Below, piece after piece: positions 29,901 through 40,372 of a stretch of DNA of 64,000 bases. The notes beneath the pieces are model-generated. The model saw nothing but the letters and a program-made list of their open reading frames with translations, searched no databases and had not been told where the DNA came from. This stretch comes from an uncultured cyanobacterium (lineage in GTDB: Bacteria > Cyanobacteriota > Cyanobacteriia > PCC-6307 > Cyanobiaceae), in NCBI GenBank assembly GCA_963765575.1, contig CAVXWZ010000011.1, positions 672,001-736,000 of the forward strand. Reading direction: 5' to 3'. The position numbers were made by a program, and so were the translations under genes. Every line of letters starts with the position of its first letter. The stretch's first letter is position 1.

Positions 29901-29951
29901 CCCATCCAGGGGGAACGTTGCCTAGATTCCGGCCGTTCCCCTGATTGCCCG

Positions 29952-30185
29952 ATGGTCCAACCCGACCAGGTCAAGGCGGCCATCCATCACGCCATGCCCG
30001 ATGCCGAGGTGGAGGTCGACGACCTCACCGGTGGCGGCGACCACCTGCAGGTGAAGGTGGTGTCCAGCGCCTTTGCTGGCCTCACCCGCATCAAACAGCA
30101 CCAACTGGTGTATGGCGCCCTGCGCCAGGAACTGGCCAGCGAGGCGATTCATGCCCTGGCCCTGCAAACCTCAACCCCCAGCTGA
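29952..30185 (+). CDS. bolA: BolA family protein
   Basis: [19 protein letters not shown] and IHALAL motifs. Confidence 0.93.
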   Translation: MVQPDQVKAAIHHAMPDAEVEVDDLTGGGDHLQVKVVSSAFAGLTRIKQHQLVYGALRQELASEAIHALALQTSTPS

Positions 30186-30188
30186 TTC

Positions 30189-30512
30189 ATGGACGCCAGC
30201 GTCAAGGAACGGATCGATGCCCTGGTTGCCACCAGCCCGGTCTATGTGTTCATGAAGGGCACCAAACTCATGCCCCAGTGCGGATTCTCAAACAACGTGG
30301 TTCAGATTCTGCATGCCATGGGTGTGTCCTTCGAAACCTTTGATGTGCTCTCCGACATGGAGATCCGTCAGGGGATCAAGGAGTATTCCGAGTGGCCCAC
30401 AATTCCCCAGGTCTACCTGAATGGGGAATTCATGGGTGGATCGGACATCCTCATCGAGATGTACAACTCCGGTGAGCTGCGTGAGCACCTGGCCGTGGCC
30501 CTGGCCAGCTAG
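30189..30512 (+). CDS. grxD: monothiol glutaredoxin Grx4
   Basis: CGFS active site, WPTIPQ, GGSD. Confidence 0.95.
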   Translation: MDASVKERIDALVATSPVYVFMKGTKLMPQCGFSNNVVQILHAMGVSFETFDVLSDMEIRQGIKEYSEWPTIPQVYLNGEFMGGSDILIEMYNSGELREHLAVALAS

Positions 30513-30515
30513 GTC

Positions 30516-30782
30516 TCAGTTGCGGCCGGATTCATACAGGCTGCGGGGGTCGCCGTCGGCACCAATGAAACTGGAGGGGTCCAGGATCCAGCGATCCACC
30601 AGCTCCTCCAGCCGGCGCTGGGCCAGTGGGTCGAGAATCGACGTGCGCCTGAGGGCGTGCAGGTAGCCATCGGCGTAGAGCCTCAGCTCCGGTGGACCCT
30701 GGCGGCGGTGGGCCAGCTCCTGGAGGGCGTCACACAGCGACTGGAAATGGCGGATGGCGTCCGGGTGCTGCAGCGCGTTCAT
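30516..30782 (-). CDS. conserved cyanobacterial hypothetical protein (DUF6761-like)
   Basis: IRHFQSLCDA, LRLYADGYLHAL and DPSSF segments; ATG at 30782. Confidence 0.75.
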   Translation of the reverse strand: MNALQHPDAIRHFQSLCDALQELAHRRQGPPELRLYADGYLHALRRTSILDPLAQRRLEELVDRWILDPSSFIGADGDPRSLYESGRN

Positions 30783-30923
30783 CGTGGACGGGAAGCTTGG
30801 CTGCATTCTGGCCAATGGCGCCGGGGTGGTCAGTTGCGAAGGCTGTGGCAGATATCCGACCCTCTCCATCAACTCCGATAGGTTGATGGCCTGGGGATAC
30901 CAAAAGGATGGCACCCAGCGACC

Positions 30924-31742
30924 ATGGCAGCCACCGACTCCTCACCACCTCCACCGTCCAGCCAACTCTCGCCGGGCTCACCGTCCGTTCCTGACGCCGT
31001 GTCGGCCGGCGGCGCCCGGCGGATCCTCGTCGTCGACCCCCACGCCACCTTGCGCACGGTGCTGGCCCAGCGCCTGCGTCAGGATGGCCATCTGGCCGCC
31101 GCTGTCCCCTCGGCCCGCGAAGCTCTGCAGCTCTGTCGCGACCAGTCGCCGGACCTGCTGGTCAGCGCCGAGCTGCTGGATGAGAGCAACGCCCTGCGTC
31201 TGGCCAACCAGCTGCACTGCCCGGTGATGGTGCTCACGGCCCGCTCGGGCTCCGAGCCGATGGTGAACCTGCTCGATGCCGGGGCCGATGACGTGCTGCG
31301 CAAGCCCTTCGGCCTCGAGGAACTGGCTGCCCGCTGCCGCACCCTGCTGCGCCGCAGCGGCACCGGCCTGCAGGAACGCGTCTGCGTGGGGCCCCTGGAG
31401 GTGCACCTGCTGCTGCGGCAGGTGACCCTGCGCGACCAGCCGGTGGAGCTGAGCCCGCGGGAATTTGCCCTCCTCTGTGCCCTGTTGATGCCCCCCGGAC
31501 TGGTGCGCACCCGCCAGGAGCTGCTGCGCATGGCCTGGCCGCCGTTCAGCGGCGGCCCCCGGTCGGTGGACACCCAGGTGCTCACCCTGCGCCGCAAACT
31601 CGAGCAGGCGGGCCTGGGCGAGGGCGGTGGCATCGAGACGATGCGCCAGCAGGGCTATCGCTTCAGCCTCGAGACCCTCTCCGATAGCGACGGCGGCGCC
31701 TCTGCCGATCGCAGCCCGCCCCTGCGCAGCCTCAGCGCCTGA
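30924..31742 (+). CDS. srrA: OmpR-family response regulator with atypical receiver domain
   Basis: Receiver with GADDVLRKPF plus winged helix (LSPREF, RSVDTQVLTLRRKL, GYRF); name inferred from recalled picocyanobacterial synteny near grxD and crtH. Confidence 0.8.
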   Translation: MAATDSSPPPPSSQLSPGSPSVPDAVSAGGARRILVVDPHATLRTVLAQRLRQDGHLAAAVPSAREALQLCRDQSPDLLVSAELLDESNALRLANQLHCPVMVLTARSGSEPMVNLLDAGADDVLRKPFGLEELAARCRTLLRRSGTGLQERVCVGPLEVHLLLRQVTLRDQPVELSPREFALLCALLMPPGLVRTRQELLRMAWPPFSGGPRSVDTQVLTLRRKLEQAGLGEGGGIETMRQQGYRFSLETLSDSDGGASADRSPPLRSLSA

Positions 31743-31751
31743 CCCGCAGCC

Positions 31752-32297
31752 TCAGCGCTTGACCAGCAGCGTGATTCCCCAGGCCAGTTCGCCCACAAGC
31801 ATGACGCCACAAAGCATCGCCAGCAGCCGGTAGGTCCAGGGCGGGCTGATGCGGCCGATGCCGCTGGTGTCCAGGCCGGTGTGGCTGGACAGGTCCGCCA
31901 GGAAGGCCTCGAACCGGGCCACGCGCTGGGGCAGGAGGAAGGCGCCATCACCGCTGCGCAGGTAGTAGACGCGACCGCCCTGGCTGGTGGCGACGGAGGT
32001 GATGGCGGTGATCGCCGTCCAGGGAAGCTGCCAGCCACGCCGCAACCACCAGCCGCACCAGGCGGGATGGCCCACGCGGATGCCGGCGGCATCGAGCTCC
32101 ACCTGCTCACTGGTGAGCGCCAGCACCAGCGCCAGCCCCAGGGGCACGGACGCCCAGAGCACGGCCCGCAGGCCGCTGGGGGCCTGCCAGGGCAGGGGCA
32201 GCACCAGGGCCAGGTAGAGGCCGATCAGGGTGCAGCGGATCAGCGGCGCCATCGGATGGCGACGGCTGGGGCCTGAATCGGGGCTGGCGGACGGCAT
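31752..32297 (-). CDS. hypothetical membrane protein
   Basis: Three hydrophobic segments, TSQGGRVYY and GRISPPWTY segments; alternative start 32252. Confidence 0.75.
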   Translation of the reverse strand: MPSASPDSGPSRRHPMAPLIRCTLIGLYLALVLPLPWQAPSGLRAVLWASVPLGLALVLALTSEQVELDAAGIRVGHPAWCGWWLRRGWQLPWTAITAITSVATSQGGRVYYLRSGDGAFLLPQRVARFEAFLADLSSHTGLDTSGIGRISPPWTYRLLAMLCGVMLVGELAWGITLLVKR

Positions 32298-32307
32298 CGC
32301 CTGGGCC

Positions 32308-32604
32308 TCAGCGGTCCTCGGGGGAACCGGGCAGTGGTTCGATCTGCTCGGAGGGGCGATACAGGCCGCCGAACACCTCCCCCTCCCGGCCCTTCCAGAA
32401 TTCGCCCAGGCGCATCAGATCGCCGTGGGCTTCCTGCAGCCGCTCCAGATACTCCTGGGGATCCATGGCACCTTTGGCCTCCTTGAGCTTGGCGAGGCGC
32501 AGCATCTGCAGCATCCAGGGCTTGCTCAGTTCACCGCGCTGCTCCAGGTAGCGGGCCAGCTCCGCAGCGCTCGGTTGGGCGGGGGAGGGCGAGCTGCTTG
32601 GCAT
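32308..32604 (-). CDS. hypothetical protein
   Basis: 98 aa from ATG 32604 (KPWMLQMLRL...LGEFWKGRE); coding-like codon usage. Confidence 0.75.
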   Translation of the reverse strand: MPSSSPSPAQPSAAELARYLEQRGELSKPWMLQMLRLAKLKEAKGAMDPQEYLERLQEAHGDLMRLGEFWKGREGEVFGGLYRPSEQIEPLPGSPEDR

Positions 32605-32675
32605 CTGGGGATGGCGGCCGTGGTGGTCCACGTTATGAAGGCCGCCGGGCGTCACGTGGACCCGCGCCGCAGGCC

Positions 32676-34269
32676 TCAGGCCGGCAGCTGCCAGGGGTTG
32701 AGGCCCAGGTCGGCACCGATGCGGTGGGCGCAGGCGAAGCCGCTGAAGGCCACGGCGTTGAGGCCCTGGCCGGGGAAGCAGGAATCGCCCACGCAGTAGA
32801 GATCCCTCACCCCGGTGCGGTTGAAGGGCATCGGCAGCAGGCCCGGCAGGCGCAGGGCGGGGATCGGTCCGTAGCTGCCGCCGGCGCGGCCCAGGAAGCG
32901 GCGGTGGCTGCGGGGCGTGCCCACCTCCCGGTGGCGAATGCCCTCCTTCAGCCCCGGCAGAATCGCCTCCAGCCGCCCGATCAGGCGCTCGGCATCGGCG
33001 GCCTTCTTGGCGGCGTAGGCACTGGGGCTGAGCCCCTGCCAGTGCGCCATCGAGCTGGGCGTGAAGCTGTGCAGGATGTGCTGTCCAGCCGGAGCCAGGG
33101 AGGGATCCAGCAGGGTGGGCATCGACACGAACACCACCCCCTGCTCGGCCTCCATCTCGGCCCAGGCGTCGAGCAGCAGGTGGTGGCAGTGGAAGCCTTC
33201 CGGCACCACGGCGGCGTCGATGCCCAGGTGCAGGGAGAGAAAGGAGGGCGAGGGGCTGTAGCGCCGCCGCCAGGTGGTTTCGGCCTTGGGGGTGTGGGCG
33301 GCGTCCACCAGCGGGCGGGCAACGGTGCCAGGGCTGCCGGCGTTGCCGGCGAAGGTGTCCCAGCGGGTGGCGTTGCTCACCACCCGCCGGGCGTGGATGG
33401 TCTCGCCGCCGGCCAGCCTCACCCCCACGGCCCGGGCCGCCCCCGCTTCGCCCTCGATCAGCACCTCCACCGCGCGGGCTCCGTAGCGGATCGCCCCGCC
33501 GAGGGCCTCCAGGCCGGCCACCAGCTTGCGGGCGATCACACCCACACCGCCCTTGGGGTAATTGATGCCGCCGGCGTGCCGGTCGGAGAACACCATGCCG
33601 GCGTTGATCATCGGCGTGCGCTCCGCCGGCATCACCGACCAGCAGAAGCACTCCATGTCGATGAACTTCAGCAGTGCCTCATCGCGGATGTGCCGGCGCG
33701 CCACATCGCCCACGTTCACCGGCAGCCAGCGGGCCAGGCCCAGGCAGGCCAGGGGTGCCTTGAAGAACACCTTGGCCAGGTAGGCGGGATCCTCGAGCGA
33801 CAGCAGCGGCATCGCATCGAGGCAGCGGAACACCTGCCAGCAGGTGTCATAGAAGGCGCGAATCCCCTCGCGCTTCGTGGGGGAAGAGGGCGGTGAGATC
33901 GGCGATGAAGGTGCCGTAGTCACGGTCCACCGCCACCGTCAGACCATCGGGCAGGTGGTACTGCAGCTGGGCGGGGTCGGGCACCGTCTCGCAGTGCTGG
34001 CCCACATCGGCGAGGGCGCGGGTGAGCAGGTTGGTGTGGCCCTTCTCGCCGAAGCCGAAGATCATCGAGGCGCCCACATCGAAGGTGTAGCCCTGGCGCT
34101 GGAAGCTGCCGCCGCTGCCACCCGGGATCAGGTAGCGCTCCAGCACCAGCACCTTCGCCCCCTTGGCGGCCAGCTGGCTGGCGGTGACCAGGCCGCCGAT
34201 GCCGGCGCCGATCACGATCACATCCCAGGGGGCTTCGGGCACGTCGCCGCAATCAGGAGGGCGCAGCAA
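32676..34269 (-). CDS. crtH: carotenoid isomerase, split by a +1 frameshift near 33865
   Basis: N-terminal part has VIGAGIGG and FDVGASMIFG; C-terminal part has GGINYPKGG and GDSCFPGQGLNAVAFSG; the two join as ...LFPHE/GIRAFYD if one base is removed. Confidence 0.88.
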
Positions 34270-34284
34270 ACCTAGGGGCTGGGC

Positions 34285-35249
34285 TCAGTTGGGGAGCTCC
34301 ACCAGGGTGGTGGGCGGCACGTCGGTGGGATCTTGAGGGCCCATCGGCAGCAGCCGCAACCTGCCGCCCGCCGCGGCCTGGGCCACGCCGTAGGGGATAT
34401 CGAAGTTGTTGAGGATGTGGAACAGCCTGGCCACGGCCGCGTGGGCATTGGGTGCCGGAGCGGCCAGGTGGGTGAAGTAGGCCATGCGCACAAAGCGCGA
34501 GGGCGGCGTGTAATCCCCCGGCAGGCCCAGACCGCCGGCGCCCATGCCAAGCGACTTCACGGTGAGACTGCCGGCCTTGGGGGCGCTGAGGGTGCGCGGC
34601 TTGGGATTGGTGTTGCTGGTGCTGAGGTAGTTGCTGAGGTTGGTGGTGTGCCACTCAAAAGTGGGGGAATTGGTGAGCACCCGCACCGGATTGTCGTGGG
34701 CCACCAGACGGCCGCCGCGGGGCGCGATCACGAGGCTTTTACCGCTGGCGTCCTGAATTTTGAAGTGCGCATCCGGCACGATTCCGAGCATGTCCAGCAC
34801 CTCCTCCACCGTGGCGAAGTTGGCCAGGATCCAGGTGCTCACCTGTCCTGGCGCCAGGGTGCTCGTCTGAACCGCCTTGTCCTCAGGGGTGGACTGGGCG
34901 TAGCCAGGGAAATAGAACACCCCCACATTCAGCCCCTTCTCGTTGAGGCCATCGAGGATCATGTCGGTGTTGGTGGCCGCCGTGGCGCCCACAAAGCCGT
35001 AGCGGGAGCGAAAGCGCAGCCCCGCCCCCTGGGTGCTGTTGCCGGTGAAGGAGCTTCCAGCTGGCCAGATCGCCAGTTGCGAGTCGACAGGCTGACCGAA
35101 CTCCAGCGTGCGACCCACAACCACGCTGCCGTCAGTGGCGGTGAGTGCCCCGCCGGTGCAGGCCTGGGCGGCGGGGGCCAGGCCCGTGGCCTCGACGAGG
35201 CCACGACCGTGGCGGCCACAAGACCGGTGAACAGACGGGGCTGGAGCAT
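34285..35249 (-). pseudogene. degraded choloylglycine hydrolase / linear amide C-N hydrolase (Ntn-hydrolase)
   Basis: AQA|CT nucleophile, GRTLEF, DGLNEKGL, VLTNSP and LPGDYTPPSRFVR motifs; signal peptide out of frame, apparent internal deletion and shortened C-terminus. Confidence 0.75.
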
Positions 35250-35298
35250 GGCAGGGCTGGTTGGAGTGCTGCTTCACAGCTAGCCAGAGCGACCCGAT

Positions 35299-36666
<1,368 letters not shown>

Positions 36667-36673
36667 TGCAACC

Positions 36674-36796
36674 TCAGGCGCGGGCGCGCTTGAGCATCAG
36701 TTGCAGTTGGCCCACGGCAGCCCGGCCGATGTGGAACACGGCCCAGGAGGCGGCCAGAAGGATCGGAGCGGCAACCAGCACCAGCCGGAGGTCCAT
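36674..36796 (-). CDS. psbY: photosystem II protein Y
   Basis: Manual translation [40 protein letters not shown] (40 aa, below the ORF-track cutoff). Confidence 0.92.
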   Translation of the reverse strand: MDLRLVLVAAPILLAASWAVFHIGRAAVGQLQLMLKRARA

Positions 36797-36869
36797 GGGA
36801 GTGCGGTGAAAGGTGGCGTGATTCTACGGACAGCCCTGCTGTTGCGGTGCTGCTCGACGTGGTTGGCAA

Positions 36870-37418
36870 TCACTGCGGTGCAAAACCGGGCTCGCTGCTG
36901 CGGCCGGCATGGGCCATGGCCAGCTGCCGATAACGACGGGCATGGTCGCGCTGGCCGGCGATGGCCTCGGCACTGAGCTCCCGCCTGACCTGGGCCGGCG
37001 TCCCCATCACCAGGGCGCCAGGGGGCACGTCGCGGGTCACCACCGAGCCGGCCGCCACCAGGGCCCCGGCCCCCACGGTGACCCCATTCAGCACCACGGC
37101 GCCGATGCCGATCAGGCAGCCGTCCTCCAGGGTGGCGCCATGCACCACGGCGCGATGGCCGATGGTCACATCGGCACCGATCAGCACCGGTTGGCCGGGA
37201 TCGCCGTGCAGCACGGAGCCGTCCTGCACGTTGCTGCCCGTGCCGATCACGATCGGGCAGACATCGCCACGGGCCACGGCCGTGGGCCACAGGCTGGCGC
37301 CGGCCTCGAGGCGCACATCGCCGATCAGCACCGCCGATTCAGCCACCCAGGCATCGGCATGCACCTGGGGTTCGGGCCAGGGGGCGGCGGGCCTGCCGGC
37401 GGACGGCGCAGGGCACAT
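36870..37418 (-). CDS. gamma carbonic anhydrase family protein
   Basis: Hexapeptide repeats, [13 protein letters not shown] and [10 protein letters not shown] motifs. Confidence 0.9.
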   Translation of the reverse strand: MCPAPSAGRPAAPWPEPQVHADAWVAESAVLIGDVRLEAGASLWPTAVARGDVCPIVIGTGSNVQDGSVLHGDPGQPVLIGADVTIGHRAVVHGATLEDGCLIGIGAVVLNGVTVGAGALVAAGSVVTRDVPPGALVMGTPAQVRRELSAEAIAGQRDHARRYRQLAMAHAGRSSEPGFAPQ

Positions 37419-37521
37419 GGCGGGGGCTGCAGGGGCGGCTGGTGGCCTTCCATCCTCCCCCCGTGCCCGGGTTGGAACCGCAGCCTCCGGGTGATACGGT
37501 CAGTCGGTGCCTGATGGGTGC

Positions 37522-37593
37522 GGGTCGCTAGCTCAGCGGTAGAGCACTCGGCTTTTAACCGATTGGTCCTGAGTTCGAATCTCAGGCGACCCA
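37522..37593 (+). tRNA. tRNA-Lys (anticodon UUU)
   Basis: GGGTCGC/GCGACCC acceptor stem, D arm GCTC...GAGC, anticodon loop CTTTTAA, T loop TTCGAAT; CCA not encoded. Confidence 0.96.
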
Positions 37594-37652
37594 TTCCAGT
37601 CGCCTCAGCGGCAGGGAGTTGCTCCGCGGCAACGGTGGCCGCAGCGAGCTCC

Positions 37653-37945
37653 ATGCGCATCGGGGTCGAGCACCGCACCGCTTGCCACGCCAGCGAGCCG
37701 GTGCGGTTCGGACCCCACACCCTGCGCCTGCGACCCCGTGGCCAGCCTGCAGCTGGACCCCCTGGATGCCGAGGGCAACCGGCTCCCGCGCCTCTGGTTT
37801 GAGGGATCATGCGAGCGGCTCGCGATCATGTCGCGGTTTGCGGTCCAGATCCCTGCGTCGCGCAACGGCACCTGCATGCCTGGCCGGAGGTGGATCTCGG
37901 TGGATCTGGCGGGGCTGGGCGGACAGGGCTTCGACCCCACCCGCG
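37653..37945 (+). pseudogene. bacterial transglutaminase-family gene relic
   Basis: MRIGVEHRT...EPVRFGPHTLRLRPR, then in another frame DAEGNRLPRLWFEG and V-x-L-x-G-x-G-x2-GFDPT; catalytic core missing. Confidence 0.65.
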
Positions 37946-37946
37946 C

Positions 37947-39041
37947 TCAGCCCAGCCGCCGCAGGGTGAGCGGGCCGAGCGGATGCTCGGCGTGGGGGTA
38001 GGGGCTGTGGTGGTGCCCCTGGTGCTGGCCGCTCTGATGGCCGGGCGGCAAGGGCACCCCATCGGGCTGGCAGGCGCCGGTGCACTCGCGCTCGCAGAGG
38101 GTGCAGGGCTCATTGAGGCCCTCCACGTGGTGGTGATGGCTGTGCTGGGGCGCTCCCACCTCCTGCTCGAAGCCCAGCACCTGGGCCCGGTATTTGCACA
38201 GGGAACAATTCATCGCCGTGTCGCCGCGGATCGCCTCCTCCAGCCGTTCGCGGAAGGTGTCGATCACCAGCGGATGGTCGTTGAGATAACCGGCCTTGAG
38301 AAACTGCACCTCGGGATGGTCGGCGGCCACCCGGTCGGTGTGCTGGTGGATTCGGCTCACCAGCACACCGGAAAAGAGGAAATAGGGGAACACCACAATG
38401 CGCCGGAAGCCGAGCCGCACCACGTGACGCAGGCCAGGCTCCACCAGCGGAAAGGTCACCCCCGAGTACACCGTTTCGCCCCAGCCGAAGCCGAAACCCT
38501 CCACCAGCATGCGCATCACCTTGGTGACATTGGAGTTGGCGTCGGGGTCGGAGGAGCCCCGACCCACCACCACCAGCAGGGTGTCGCTGAGGGGCACCGC
38601 GGGGCCAGCAGCATCGCCGGCGCTGATCGCGTCGCGCACCCGGGCCCCGGCGGCCTGGATCATCTTGCGGTCGATCCCCAGTTCGCGGCCGTACTGAATC
38701 TGCAGGCCGGTTTCGCTTGCGTAGGTGTTCAACACCGAGGGGATGTCGTTCTTGGCATGGCCGGCGGCGAAGAGCATGGCCGGCACGGCCAGCACCCGGC
38801 TCACCCCCCGCTGGCGCAGCCGATCGAGGCCATCGCGGAGGATCGGGCGGGCGAATTCCAGGTAGCCATGCTCCACCGGCACCTCCGGCAGGGAGCGGCG
38901 CAGGCCCTGGGCCAGACGTGCGAATTCCGCGCAGGCCTGGCGGTTGCGGCTGCCGTGGCCGCAGATCATCACGCCCAGGCCCTCCATGGTGCTGAAATCA
39001 ACTGGCGGGGTTGATGCCGGGGTCGCCGTGGGGCTGTGCAT
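37947..39041 (-). CDS. cbiX: sirohydrochlorin cobaltochelatase, long form with Cys/His-rich tail
   Basis: CGHGSR, AAGHAKNDIP, GRGSSDPDAN, MNCSLCKY and HSHHHH motifs; start 39041 or 38988. Confidence 0.9.
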   Translation of the reverse strand: MHSPTATPASTPPVDFSTMEGLGVMICGHGSRNRQACAEFARLAQGLRRSLPEVPVEHGYLEFARPILRDGLDRLRQRGVSRVLAVPAMLFAAGHAKNDIPSVLNTYASETGLQIQYGRELGIDRKMIQAAGARVRDAISAGDAAGPAVPLSDTLLVVVGRGSSDPDANSNVTKVMRMLVEGFGFGWGETVYSGVTFPLVEPGLRHVVRLGFRRIVVFPYFLFSGVLVSRIHQHTDRVAADHPEVQFLKAGYLNDHPLVIDTFRERLEEAIRGDTAMNCSLCKYRAQVLGFEQEVGAPQHSHHHHVEGLNEPCTLCERECTGACQPDGVPLPPGHQSGQHQGHHHSPYPHAEHPLGPLTLRRLG

Positions 39042-39077
39042 GGGCTCTGCCGGGATCCGCGCCGGGTTCGAGAGGAT

Positions 39078-39228
39078 GGGAATCGGCGAGCGTTCTGGCT
39101 GAGGCGCTGGGCTGATGCCCGGTTCCATCACAGCTGCGGGACAGCGCCGGATTCGGGACGGGCTGGACCCGCGCCACACCGGACTTTCCTCGTTGTCTTC
39201 CGCGGATGATCCGCGGAAACCGATCCCC
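39078..39228 (-). promoter_or_regulatory. cobalamin riboswitch upstream of cbiX
   Basis: Minus strand GGTTTCC...AACGAGGAAAGTCCGGTG...AATCCGGCGCTGTCCCGCAGCTGTGA...AGCCAGAACGCTCGCC; outer helix GGGATCGG/CCGATTCCC. Confidence 0.85.
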
Positions 39229-39397
39229 ACCATTGTGCCGTTGCCTGGGGCAACGGCTCCGGGCTGCTTGCACCGCTCCAGTCCTCCGCTGCCGGCAGCG
39301 CGAAAGCTCCGGCTGGATCAGCTCTGCGGCCAGCGCCCGTCACGTTCCGAGACCGTCCAGCCTCGCTGGTTGCACGGGGGGCCCAGGATGGCCCCCG

Positions 39398-40309
39398 ATG
39401 CTGAGCCTCAGCTCTGCCCGCTCCTACACCTTCCTCTCGATCGGGGCGGCCGTGGCCACGATCGTGCTCAAGGTGGCGGCCTGGCGCATCACCGGTTCGG
39501 TGGGGCTGCTCTCCGATGCCCTCGAGTCGGGGGTGAACCTGCTCGCGGCTCTCGGTGCCTTCTTGGCGCTCACCCTGGCGGCCAAGCCCGCCGACCGGAG
39601 CCACCCCTACGGCCACTTCAAGGCGGAGTATTTCTCCAGCGGTCTGGAGAGCGCCCTGATCCTGGTGGCCGCCATCGCCATCCTGGTTGCGGCGGGGGGG
39701 CGCTTGCTGGCGCCCGAGCCGCTCGAACAGCTGGGCGCCGGTCTGGGGCTGTCGCTGGTGGCCAGCGCCATCAATGGTTTGGTGGCCTGGGTTCTGCTGG
39801 GGGCCAGCCGGCGCTTCCACTCGATCACGCTGCGGGCTGATGCCCAGCACCTGCTCACCGACGTGTGGACCTCGTTGGGGGTGGTGGTGGCTGTGGGCCT
39901 GGTGCAGCTCACCGGCCAGACCGTCCTCGATCCCCTGATCGCCATCGTCGTGGCCCTGAACATCGTGGTGATGGGCTGGAAGCTGCTGCGGGAAACGGCC
40001 TCGGGCCTGCTTGATCAGGCCCTGCCGGAGGAGGAGCTGCGCCAGCTGCAGGACCTCCTCGCTGCCCATACCGGCGACGGACTGGCCGTGCATGCCCTGC
40101 GCAGCAGGGTGGCCGGATCACGGCGCTTTGTGGCCTTTCACCTGCTCGTTCCCGGCCATTGGAGCGTCAAGGCGGGCCATGACCTCTGTGAGCGGCTGGA
40201 GCAGCAGATCGGCGCCACCCTGCCGCGCACTGACGTGACCATCCACCTGGAGCCGATCGAGGACCCCCGTTCCTGGCGTGACCACGGCTTCGGCTGGGAT
40301 CCGCCGTGA
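39398..40309 (+). CDS. cation diffusion facilitator (CDF/FieF-like) metal efflux transporter
   Basis: SVGLLSDALES, HPYGHFKAEY, ADAQHLLTD and IHLEP motifs. Confidence 0.92.
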   Translation: MLSLSSARSYTFLSIGAAVATIVLKVAAWRITGSVGLLSDALESGVNLLAALGAFLALTLAAKPADRSHPYGHFKAEYFSSGLESALILVAAIAILVAAGGRLLAPEPLEQLGAGLGLSLVASAINGLVAWVLLGASRRFHSITLRADAQHLLTDVWTSLGVVVAVGLVQLTGQTVLDPLIAIVVALNIVVMGWKLLRETASGLLDQALPEEELRQLQDLLAAHTGDGLAVHALRSRVAGSRRFVAFHLLVPGHWSVKAGHDLCERLEQQIGATLPRTDVTIHLEPIEDPRSWRDHGFGWDPP

Positions 40310-40372
40310 GCGCCGGCCGCTCACCGGCTGGTCTTGGCCGAACGGCCATTCGGTGGGCGGATGGCGATGGGC

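Noticed and set aside
39041..39233. N-terminal extension of cbiX proposed by the ORF track
   Set aside because: This interval is better explained as the cobalamin riboswitch leader
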